NCBI GenBank assembly: GCA_963693365.1
Contig: CAVNZM010000010.1
Coordinates: 8,495,794-8,559,793, forward strand
Source: Amoebidium appalachense
Lineage: Eukaryota > Protista > Ichthyosporea
DNA: 64,000 nt
Direction: 5' to 3'
The notes beneath the pieces are model-generated. The model ran no database searches. It was not told the origin of the DNA and saw only the letters and a program-made list of their open reading frames with translations. Every line of letters starts with the position of its first letter. The stretch's first letter is position 1. Below, one piece after another: positions 29,635 to 60,846 of the stretch. A program made the translations under genes and the position numbers.

Positions 29635-29972
29635 ACACACACACACCACCACCACCACCACCACCACCGAAAAAGAAAAAAACAAACAAACAATTAAATA
29701 AACTAGGCAAAATTTTGAAAATAAAAATAGCCATATTATGATGATGAGTATAATGTCAGCCTGTACATGGGCACAATTTAACAGTCTCATACTCACCGGC
29801 CGACACACCTGTATCCAGGCCCACCTGTTTCTCCCATGCATCTCATAAGCCCCCCCCCCCCCCCCCCCCCCCCCTCCCCCCCCCCCCCATCTCCCTTCCC
29901 CAAGTACCTCATGCCATATTTCCTACTCGTATAATACACCAGTTTCCATGTAGTGACCCCCCCCCCCCCCCC

Positions 29973-30012
<40 letters not shown>

Positions 30013-30905
30013 CAACCGCAGTGCCCCCCGTGAGTTTGCCTTCACGCAGGCAGCTGTAGCACACAGTACCCACTTTGCATATTTCTACGCCACCGACCGC
30101 GACATCAGAGACGACCCGTGGCAGAATGTGCCCTCCTTCTGGTTCGACTATCTTCAGTTTCTGCAGGACGGGTACGTGCTGACCCCCCCCCCCCCCCCCC
30201 CCCCCCCCCACACACACACACCCTCCCCCCCCCCCCCCCCCCCTCCCCTCTCCCCCCCCCCCCCCCCCCCCCTCCCCCCCCCTCCCCCCCCCTCCCTCCC
30301 TCTCTCCCTCCCTCCCTCCCTTGCTGTGGACACCCATGTGATAGCCTCTTCAACTGTAGATTTACTTCACCAGCACACATCCTTTATAGAGGAGCTTCAA
30401 AATAGATGGTAGCTGTTGGTGTGAACTCGAGCGTTTGCTAGATTTCATTACCCTCTTTAAGCATCTAATTTTCGAAGATGATTGGCTCCTTTTCTCGTTT
30501 CCTTGTAAGGTCATATGTTATGCTGTACATTGGGCCGGAGGGAGGGGGAGGGGGGTGGGGTGGAGGGGGAGGGGGGAGGGGATGGGGTAGAGGAGGCGGC
30601 GGCGGCGGGGGAGGGGGGGGGGGGGGGGAGGGGAGCAGGGGGGGTCAATGCAAAAACCGGCGGGCCAGTGAATTGGTGACAAAGAGAAAGGAAGTGCACA
30701 CCTAGGGGCTCCCTTTCGTAAAAACGGTTTTTTTGAGTTTCCGTGGCCCACAAGCAAATCAAATAAGTCCATGCTGCACGTATGCCACTATGATACATCT
30801 GGGGGCTAATCCATATGACACTTTGCGCCCTGCAGGGAGAGTGCAACTCCACCCACTGCATCGAGCAAGAACAGCACAAAGACCAACCCTAAAAAGGCAT
30901 CTTGA
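25008..30905 (+). CDS. Secreted Spherulation-specific family 4 (Spherulin-4/Sph3-like, GH135) glycoside hydrolase; 9 exons
   Basis: Exons 25008-25125, 25313-25533, 26028-26137, 26895-27048, 28329-28488, 28888-28958, 29496-29578, 30022-30171, 30836-30905 (last exon least certain). Signal peptide RLLAAAALVHGVAAA. Family motifs in order: VMIPLY, VINPMNGP, GVRMVGYVKT, GYFFDD, IILNPG, ADVSIPFE, YFYATD, PWQNVPSFW. Confidence 0.85.
27279..27794. mobile_element. ~500-bp inverted-repeat element (MITE-like) in GH135 intron 4
   Basis: aatttttgcaccgggaaatttttgcacagaa (27290-27320) versus ttcagtgcaaaaatttcccggtgcaaaaatt (27759-27789): 31-bp inverted repeat with one mismatch, built from a doubled AATTTTTGCAC motif. 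TSD not resolved. Confidence 0.65.
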
Positions 30906-31520
30906 TTGCCTTATTTGGAAGGATGGAGTCAACGGTCGTTCAGGTCTCCCACGAGCCAATCAGATGCTACAAAACGGCACTCTGGTCGGATGGATGATCT
31001 ATTTTTAGGTGTGAGATAGGCTTAGCAAGGATTATTGTGCACATCAGCTATCTGAATCGAACTAGCATTGAAAATGTTTTTGCTAAATCGCACTTTCAGT
31101 GAAGGGGTGGGTCGGCAGGTGTGTGGTGGTGGTTGTAATGAAGGCGGTTGAATGGGTGGGGTTGGGGGTGTTAGCTTTTATGCTTGTTTGTGTACTTTAC
31201 CTCCATAATAATCAGTTGAACAAATTTCCGGTGTCACAGGACTTTGAAGTACTTAAGATATGAATGTCCGACTAGGAATGTACCACGCACACGAATGGTT
31301 AAAATTTAAAACTTGAATTGATGATTTAAGTGCCACATATTTACGTATGGTTAAAATTTAACCGCAAAGGGTGGTTGGGTGGAAACCACATGCACTTTAA
31401 ATACTTAAAGTACACTCACTCATCTTGCCAGGCACAGTTTCAATCACCATCATTATATACACCAACGAACTTCATGTTTGCTACGGACAGTTGCGCACCA
31501 TATGGTATGCCTGCACGCGC

Positions 31521-31571
<51 letters not shown>

Positions 31572-31615
31572 TGTGTGCGTGCATGCGTGTGTGCGTGTGC
31601 ACGTGTGCACACGTG

Positions 31616-31652
<37 letters not shown>

Positions 31653-32439
31653 GTGTGTGTGCGTGTGTGTGTGTGTGCGTGTGTGTGTGTGTGTGCCCAT
31701 GTGCGCAAATGTGCATGCCCACAGGCACCCTATGCATACCCGTGAGTGAGCATGAACACACACCCTGACTTTTTGCCATCACCTTTATGGCACATAATTT
31801 ATTTAAACACTAGACATACACATTCTGAATGTGGTACATGCACTACTAAAGAATAATAATGCTGGACACTGGACACTGGATAGCATCACGTCACTACTAA
31901 TAGACTATTAGAAATCACATGTTGATAATGCATCTGGCGCGCGTTCGACTAATGGGAATGAATACTATATGGGGCAAAAACACAACCAACAAACCTAGAA
32001 TTTACTTCAGTTTCAGAGACCCACCTATGTATATGTAGGGGCTCATGATGTACATGTGAAGAGTAAAAAAGAACTGGCAGGAAGAAAAGATAACAGCGAA
32101 ACAGAAGAAGATTGAGAACATAAAATTACACAATAAATGATCTCACTTTTGCTATGGAAACATTGGTGTCGGAGCTCATAATCATTCACCCAGTGCTAAG
32201 AAACCACACCCGTTTTGATTGGCCAACAGATTACCAAGAAACCAAAGCAGTATTTCTAGTGGATGACACAGCACCACCTTGTGGCCGTATTTCTGTCTGC
32301 CCAACACAGTTAACCTCCGACTGGGCAAGAAATGAGCAAACACCTGGCACCTATCGAACACCATGGAAAATACCAGCCGGTGATCGTCGACACCGAGACC
32401 CGATTAACACCCCGGTTGCATAGTGCCGATCCGGTGCGA

Positions 32440-52360
<19,921 letters not shown>

Positions 52361-52599
52361 GTTCACGTGCCAATGAAACCCTTCAGCCTCAGAAGACCAG
52401 AGCCACTTGCTATAAGACTACAGCACAAACTCTGTGGCTATCTATGATGCTTATAACTAACGCGCACAACCCTCGGGCCAGAGGTCCCCTCACAACTACA
52501 ACCAAGCACCAGTCTACCTTGCAGCTCCTTTTTTTTCCTTGTTTGCGTCACCCCCAGGGCTGTTTGCCGTGGGCCAAAGGAGAGATATCTGTTTTCAGC

Positions 52600-52690
52600 T
52601 CTAGCCAATCAATGTTGTCCGATTATGGCGCTGGCGCGAAGCAATCCCATTGGTTAAAAGATGCTCGTTTGCGCTCTGATTGGTGCAAGG
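52600..52690 (-). promoter_or_regulatory. Putative MSH3 promoter with three CCAAT boxes and an E2F-like site
   Basis: agccaatc (~52602), cattggtt (~52647), gattggt (~52678) and ggcgcgaa (52633-52640), 240-330 bp upstream of the ATG. Confidence 0.35.
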
Positions 52691-52778
52691 TAGGACACAT
52701 TGCGTTCCTGACACGATCGCGAAGAACTTACCCGCTAGCTACGCCACAGCGGCGCCTAGCGCCCCGATCGCAATAAAC

Positions 52779-53320
52779 TGGTTCGATTCGTGTCAAAAGC
52801 CAGATTGCCAGATTGCCAGATTTAAAACCGCCTCGCCAAAAATGGTTATTCGTCGATCAATCGAATCGGAACGTAAAATTTAAACAAAATTTTAAGGCCA
52901 GATTCAATTTGACCCCTCTTCCAGATTCCAGAATCTGGCGACCCCCCCCCCCCCCCCCCTTCCAGATTGCCAGATTGACCCTGCGCCTTACGATTGGCCA
53001 CGCCAGCACCATATAAAGTTCGTATCCAATCCTAGGCGTTTTGCCTTATTAGTATAGCTTTTCAAAAATGCATAAAACTTGGTAATAAATGCCCATTTAA
53101 CAAAATAAAAATTATTTAAATAATATTTCAAAACTATTATTGTTCATTAAGATAAGCCAAGATATTCTATTACCGCGCAAAATGGCAAGTGCCTTCTTGA
53201 CCCAAAAAGCTAGATTTTAGCTCTACAAGAACCGGACCGAAATCTAGCTTTTCTGGAATGCCATCAACATTCTGGCATTCTGGCAATCTGGCAATCTGGC
53301 TTTTGACACGAATCGAACCA
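52779..53320. mobile_element. ~540-bp MITE with 42-bp TIRs and subterminal TTGCCAGA repeats
   Basis: tggttcgattcgtgtcaaaagccagattgccagattgccaga (52779-52820) is the exact reverse complement of 53279-53320. Further ccagatt motifs lie inside. The right end reads CAGTGG (hAT-like); no TSD recognised. Confidence 0.8.
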
Positions 53321-53329
53321 CTGTCTGCT

Positions 53330-53555
53330 GCTGCAATCGATCCAAATGGCAAAAAGTCCATCATAAAAAAAAAGTTTCGTAGAAGAGTTCAGTTTGAATG
53401 AAAAGTACGTTCAGGCAAGCTTTCAATTGGTTTCAATTAGCAAAGAAGAGTTCGGTCATAACTAGGATGCACAAACTTGCAACACACCTTGGTAGTAATT
53501 GGCACTGATCTCAACCCGTCACACGCACACCTGTGCACAATTCCTTTGCCACCTA
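53330..53555. repeat. Diverged ~220-bp direct repeat, copy 1 (copy 2 at 55995-56248)
   Basis: Shared gtttcaattagcaaaga.gagtt, cttgcaacacac..tggtagtaa.tggcactga.ctcaacccgtcacacgcaca and cctttgccacct. Confidence 0.8.
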
Positions 53556-55204
53556 TGGTGCCGGAACTCTGAAGCCCTCCAACTTCAGATCCCAAAATCA
53601 CCCCGATCCGAGGGATCGTCGCTCCCCATAGCATTGAGATATTTCAGAAATGGACACGCCAAAATGTCCGTCTTGATGTCCACTTCAAATGCATTCGGAC
53701 ACTCGCCTGGTGCCACCACAGGAACATTTTGAAATTCGGGTTGAATATTTTTTTCTCTTGACTGGGATTTATTGATCAGTTGATACGAAGGCAAGGTGCA
53801 GCCACAGGCTATGTATGCATGACCACCTTGAATAACCGAATTCGAAAAAGCCAAGGTGATGAAATAAAATAAAACAACAAGTGACCAAAGGACGCCAGCT
53901 GGCAAAGGTACAAGTGCACGTGTATGCGTGAAACTAGTTTGCTCCAACTAGTTAAATGCATCCATGTTGACCAGACCACACTCCGCAAGAAGACATCATT
54001 ACTGCTGCTTCGGAATTCCCAACAGGCCCCCCTCAAACCCAACCGGGACACAGCAAGCAAGTCAGCCCTTTAAAGAGCAATGCAGACCAAATCCGAACAA
54101 GAAAACAATCCCCACGGGCCCGGCCCCTAGAAACCCCGCAGAAACTGCATCTAGCTCCCTGATAAGGTGGCCTAGTTGTGGCAGGACACACAGGAAAACA
54201 CAATTACAGAATGCATGCAAGCAAACCCGGTCATTGCCATACGACTGGAGGCTAAGAACTGGCAGTCACTGAGAAAGCTCCCCGACGACCCAGTAGCCGC
54301 CCCTCCACTCACGAAGTAGCTGAAGAAGTTGCAGCAGCCCACCGCCAATAGGTCGCGTAGAAGCATAGACAGCGTGCAGAAGTTACCGTGGATTGCAGTG
54401 GACCACCAGGCGTTGAAGAAACCACTTCTCAAGCGAGAAACTCCGCGAAAGGGAGGTGCCCCCACACTCTCACAGCAGTAGGAATACACCAGGCCACATC
54501 ACACACACGCTGCACTCACGTTCCCCTGAGTGGGACTCCCTCCCACCACAAAAAGAAGAAATGAAAGCCTTTATTATATACCTGCCATGGTGAAGAATCG
54601 GGAAAAAAAGTTGACGTGACAGCTAAGAGATCGAAGTTGAAAATTTAGATTTTTACTAATTGACCCTAAATTGGCGCTTTTTTTTGAAAACCATGAAGGA
54701 GGGGTGCTAAAACAAAAGCAAGGTGCTCTACGTGCTCAGCGCAGCCGACTTTTCCGTAAATTTTTTTCTTTTTTTTTCTTTTGACTGGATTTATTCGACG
54801 GAAAGATATGCAAGTATGCACGGCATACTGAGAAGACAATAAAAACTTCACGAGTTAATTTTATTTTTTTTTTTCTTCGTTTTTTTTAAAATGATAAAAA
54901 AAAAAAAAAAAGGGGGGGGGGGGGGGAACCAGTAACAAGTGCATACTGAGATACCTGAACACTGTGTGAAAATCATATAAATACTCAATGTGACGACCAA
55001 CAGAATTCAACACTGTCTAAAGTGTTCACATTGCCAGCTAGTGTAGCAGACACCCGTAGGGAAAGAGGTAAAACGCGACCTAAAAACTCACACCTATCAA
55101 CATGCTTGCGATTAAAAAGTTCAGCACAAAAGTGGCACCAGCGGCGATGAAAACAAGAATTACAACGCCACTGCACAACTTCCCAGGCAATAGTTAAAAA
55201 GATA

Positions 55205-55245
<41 letters not shown>

Positions 55246-55250
55246 AAAAA

Positions 55251-55580
55251 GCAACCGTGCCAGGCCAACCACCAGCCTGAGGGGGGGCTTTTGTCTCCCC
55301 GCCATTTTGCTGCCTGCTGCACACACAACCCCGACTGCACGAACACACAAATGCAGGAGAGAACACAATGAAGGGGTTGGGTGGGTGATCTCCATAATTT
55401 TCCAAGGGTTTTTTTTTTTGAAAAAAAAAAATACGGGGCTCTTGTCCCCACCGTGGGGCCCAGTACTAGTAATATTACATATTAGGTTGCTGCCTGGTAC
55501 GCACATAAACCCTCCCCGACTGCACGAGCCCGAATGTTTGCAGGAGAGAAGAAACACAAAAAATCGGTTGGGTTGGTGGG
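55251..55580 (-). repeat. Two tandem ~140-bp units related to the tail of the adjacent tRNA-headed element, each ending in a T-run on -
   Basis: Shared + strand blocks ggggct.ttgtc (55284/55435), ttgctgcctg (55307/55487/55860), ccccgactgcacga (55329/55514), tgcaggagagaa (55352/55539), gtgcc.ggccaacc (55257/55815). Confidence 0.65.
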
Positions 55581-55639
55581 AACCGTAGTACAGGTCTGAT
55601 GCCCCAACTTCCGTGAAAACTACTCCCAAATTAATGATT

Positions 55640-55677
<38 letters not shown>

Positions 55678-55806
55678 TTCGTCAGGTGGGGCTCTGCAGC
55701 TGGTACAGACTGCAAAAGTAGGATTATAAAACGCGAAGACTCTTGCTGAGTTACAATAAAAAGTCGTACTTTCTTCAAAAAAAAACCAAAAAGAACCAAA
55801 AAAAAA

Positions 55807-55948
55807 ACCATCGTGTGCCCGGCCAACCGATCAGATGGACCTCTCGTACCCACCCCGGTTTGCTGCCTGCTGCACCGGTCGAGATTCGAACGCGATTCCC
55901 TTACGGCAGAGGCAGAGACTGAGGCCTTACCCGCTAGGCCACAGTGGC
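55807..55948 (-). ncRNA. tRNA-derived Pol III element (SINE head or tRNA-like ncRNA) with ~65-nt tail and oligo-T terminator
   Basis: Minus strand GCCACTG TGGCCTAGCGG (A box) GTAAGGCC...TCGCG TTCGAAT CTCGA (B box/T arm) CCGGTGCA, then a tail, then a T10 run. The acceptor stem is imperfect and there is no clean anticodon arm. Confidence 0.65.
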
Positions 55949-55994
55949 GCCTCAATAGAGATGTTGCCCCGATCACAATAAACTGCGTAATCGG

Positions 55995-56248
55995 CTGCGA
56001 TCAAACCAAATGACATAAAGTTGCAAAGAAGACTTCAGTTTCTTCGAAAGACGTGAAGAGTTCAGTCAGCTTGGCAATTCTAATTAGTTTCAATTAGCAA
56101 AGAGGAGTTGAGTCCTGAAGCACAAGCTTGCAACACACTATGGTAGTAACTGGCACTGAGCTCAACCCGTCACACGCACATGTGCACAGCCATTATGCCA
56201 CATGCACGACCACACACCCGTGGCCCGCTTGCACTCCTTTGCCACCTT
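55995..56248. repeat. Diverged direct repeat, copy 2
   Basis: Homologous to 53330-53555, with a ~45-bp insertion near its right end. Confidence 0.8.
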
Positions 56249-56444
56249 CCGGGCACGTAGACCAACGACCACCGTTTTCTACAGGCATGCTGGCACCGCG
56301 GCAGAGGCCCACCCTCGGTACCTCCTCACACGACTTTCCCCCCCCCAACCCACATATTCGTATGTGTAGTTTTCTGTGTGTGATTTGCAAAATGCGCATT
56401 GTGATACCTGTCGTGATTGTGTAGTGTTCTCTGTAACGCTTTCT

Positions 56445-56481
<37 letters not shown>

Positions 56482-56693
56482 TCCCCTTTCCCCCCTCCCC
56501 CCTTTCCCCCCCACCCACCCCGACCCACCACTTAACATTTCCACTGCTACCACACCCGGAAAACATGAGTTGTGGGTCTTTTTATTATGAAATATCGGTG
56601 AATGCGTTCTGTGGTCTCTCCCGCGGATCCCAACCCTACCCCCCTACCCTCATCACACGGGCGCGCACACGCACGCACGCACGCACGCACACA

Positions 56694-56744
<51 letters not shown>

Positions 56745-57622
56745 CACACACACACACACACACACAGCTTTCTGGACGAAAGTAGCTTGTAGAAGCTAGC
56801 AAGCCATAGAGTTTGATAACAACGACTGTAAAGAGGGGCTTGCTTACGTGTTCATAGTATATTACACTGCAGATGTTTATGATATGCACCGATACCATGC
56901 AAGAAACTTTCGATTCATGTCCAACAGGCTAGTGAAAGACAAGATGCAATTGATCGCAGTCTCTTCGTCCACGTCGGTACCCTCGCCCCAATTTTTATGT
57001 GCGTCACGGGTGAGGCCCTTTTGGTCACGACTTGCTCACTAATAAGAATAAATGATTAGTGCGACTCTCTCGAGGTCTGTGTGCCTCCTTCCCCCCTGAA
57101 CATCCCATCGAGGTTCCTCAGCTGCCCTCTGCCCGTTGCTTTAAGAGGAAGTTTATGAATAACCGGCTTTTCACAAAGTGGCTACTTGAATTGCGTGACA
57201 TTTATTGAAACATGGGCAAAACATATACTAGAGTAGCTTTATTTCAATAATTTAGACACTCAATGCCCTAATATGTAAATCTGTAGATGACCTTATGTAG
57301 GCATTTCTATTTCGTGACTTTCAGATATTGGTGCTGTATAAATGGCCACTTATTGCAAGGCTCATGACGAGCCGCATTTGATTGGTTGTTACCCACAGAT
57401 GGGTATGAAACGTGAAAAATGAACGGTGCCACCCCGCCAGACTGACCGACTGTTGATGGAACTCGAATCGATCTTGAAACTCCTAGAGAATTACGATGAG
57501 TGATGTCTTTCTAGGCCATAAACTGTAGTAGAATCAAAAAGATAATCTATATCACAAATCTTTCACTGGTTTCCTGTTAATACGTTTCTACGGTGTTAGC
57601 CCCACCCCTTGCAGCCGGCAAC

Positions 57623-58308
57623 ATGAACTACATTGGTCAAACGGTCGGGCAGGTTGGTGACACGCTGAGCACCTTGGGGAATGCCAGTCTCAGTGGAATA
57701 TACGACAAGGCTCTGACCGCTATGGGCGGCTACAGCGAGATAGAAGGAAAGGTTCGCGAGGCGACCAACCAGGACCCATGGGGCCCCTCTGGCACACAGA
57801 TGGCTGAGATTGCAAAGTTCACGCGGAGTAGGTGAGTGGCAGTGATGCACACCGAGGTGCAAAGTGTTGGACGGACAGGCTAGTGGTTTGTGTGGCACTG
57901 TGCATAAGCGAGGGGAGCCAGGCCAAACAGAGAAGGGGAATGAGCGCCGGAAGAAGCAATAGTGTGATAGTAGTTTGGTGTAAATGTTGGTTGTTGCCAA
58001 TGTGAGTGAGTGTTATACTCCTGTTTATAGGCAGTTTTCTTTCTTCCATGCTGACCCATGTATTGTGTAGGTCGGATTGTGAGGAGGTGATGAAAACTAT
58101 TTCAGCCCGACTGCAGGACAGGCACTGGCGCCACGTTTACAAGGTACCCTTTCCCCTCCAAAAAACAAAACAGCCCCCCCACCCCCCTCTTCCCCTCCCC
58201 CCCCCCCCCCAGCCCCCCCCCCCCCCCCCCCAAAAAAAAAAAAAACAAAAAAACACACACGCACACGCAAACGCACATGCACGCACACACACACAAACAC
58301 ACGCACAT

Positions 58309-58347
<39 letters not shown>

Positions 58348-58352
58348 AACAC

Positions 58353-58395
<43 letters not shown>

Positions 58396-58447
58396 ACGCA
58401 CGTACGCACACGCACGCACCCACACGCACGCACGCACGCACGCACAC

Positions 58448-58509
<62 letters not shown>

Positions 58510-58955
58510 CACAGGCACATACACGTACACGTACACGTACACACACACACACACACACACATGCACACGCACACGTACACTCACACATACACACGGACAC
58601 GCACCAGCTGTTCTGTGGTCTTCCCGAGCTACCCCCTTTCCCCGATTCCCCCTCGTTCTCCCCCCCCCCGCCCCCTTCCGCCCCCCTCCACGCCCCTAGT
58701 GGCCTCGATTCTTCTTGCCCTTTCATTATCTCTCCTGAGGATAGGGAGGAGAGTGAAATAGAGAACCTTGAAGGGAGTGAGTTTTTTCACCTGAGTTGCC
58801 GCCACGCACTACACCTTCCCCTCCTTACCTCCTTCTCTTGCGCAAATACATATAGTATACCACATACTATTCAAGTAAATCGAAGTAGGAATAAAGGTCC
58901 CTCCCCAAAAAAAGGACAGACAACCACCCTAGCAGTAGCACCGACAGCGGCTTAT

Positions 58956-58994
<39 letters not shown>

Positions 58995-60338
58995 AAAAAA
59001 AAAAAACTGCCACCGTTCATGGGCCTGGCATATAAACGCACTCAGGCAGGCACTGAGACGCACATACATGCTCTTGCATGAACACACACACAAGCATGAT
59101 TACGTGTATGTTTAATGACATTCGTCGTCATCAACAATGCAGTAAGCCCCACAAGTTTCATTAAGGTAGCTAGCACCTTTGTATACTGCCCCCATTCGTA
59201 CACACTTCCACACACCATGCCATTTCCTAGTAGCATTCCCCACCCCCTTTTTGCTTTCATTCACTCCTTGTTCATCTTTATTCAACCTATTCCCCCCCCC
59301 CCCCCCCCCCCCCCACCATCTCCACTCCTATCTGACCTTAACCCTTTAGGCGCTAGTGCTTCTCGACTATCTGCTCAAGAATGGGTCTAGCCGGGTGCTG
59401 GACACCACCCAGGCAAACATCTATGAGCTGAGGGCATTGGAGGGCTTCCAGTACAAAGACTCGGAGGGCGTCGACAGGGGCATAAACGGTAGACCCCCCT
59501 CCCCCCTTTCCCCCTCCCCCCCCTCCCCCCCCACCACCACCATTGCCAAAGAGAGAGAGAGAGAGAGATGGAGGGAGGGAGGGGGAGGGGGGGGAAAGAG
59601 GGGGGGGGGGGGGAAAGGGAAAAAAGCGTTTCACACACACACGTAAATGAAAACGAGCTTCCCAAAGGTGAATTTTGAAACACAAGAGAGATGCACTTTA
59701 CTGTTCTTTTCCATGTACCGACTTTGAGCAGCATCGGGGCCCACGACACAAACATTGCATGTACCCACTCTCGCTTTACGTATTTTTGCTAATCAGTCTC
59801 CCATCTTCCGATTAATTCTCACCAACCATCCACTCTACCGATAATTTTTTCACCAATCACCCACCTTACCAATGATTTATAACCAATCATCTCCTGCAGT
59901 ACGTGTGAAGGCCAAAGACATCAAGGACCTTGTACGGAATCCAGACAGACTTGCAGACGAACGAGAAAAAGCGCAGAGGATGAAGGGCAAATACACGGGC
60001 ACGAGTGCGAGTGAGACAACAAGTGGGGGGGGTGACTCGTCCAGATATGGGGGGTTCGACAGGTTTGGAAGGACGAACGGTAGGCTGTTGTGCATGGATG
60101 TGTGTTCTTTAGAGCCCTGCGTGGCTGCATATTGCCTGTCATTTTCGATTTGCTGCCTCCATGTTCCATGTTTTGTATCTTTGTGCATTCAATGTCCCCC
60201 CCTCCCCCCTTCCCCACTCTGGGTTACTGCATACACACACACACCACAGAGCCAACATGACAAGTGTGAGTATAAGTATCTATCTAAGGAACGGTTGGTG
60301 GAGAAGACCACACAGGGGGGTTGGGTAGTTGGGTGGAT

Positions 60339-60406
<68 letters not shown>

Positions 60407-60485
60407 GGGGGGGGGCAAGACAGTGTTAGGACGTCGCGGATGCACACATGCACCTGGACACACACATTTTCTCTTTCTGTTCCCT

Positions 60486-60517
<32 letters not shown>

Positions 60518-60815
60518 TCCCCCCACCCCGCCCCTTTCTTTCTCTACCTCTCACCCCCTCGTGTAGTCTTTCTCTGTGTGTGATTGTGCGCGTGTGTCGC
60601 CCCCCCCCCCCCCCCCCCCCCCCCCCCGTTCCTCCTCAGATGACTCCCCTGACGCTCTTTCACTGCCCCACCACATCAGCAACCATCTTGCATGCCCCAC
60701 AGCAACACAAATATGTTTGCTCACTGTGGCTGGGCAGGTGGGGACGATTCAGGCAGCAAGTACAGCAGCAGATATGACGATAACGACTACGGGGGAAGGT
60801 AAAGAGGGGGTGAAA

Positions 60816-60846
<31 letters not shown>

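Noticed and set aside
32154-32423. 89-aa plus-strand ORF after the MSH3 stop
   Set aside because: No recognisable motif; most likely antisense to the MSH3 3' UTR.
55871-55948. Functional tRNA gene
   Set aside because: Bulged or mismatched acceptor and T stems and no canonical anticodon stem-loop; treated as tRNA-derived instead.
52361-57622. DHFR sharing a bidirectional promoter with MSH3 as in vertebrates
   Set aside because: No DHFR-like peptide seen; the next divergent gene is epsinR, 5 kb away.
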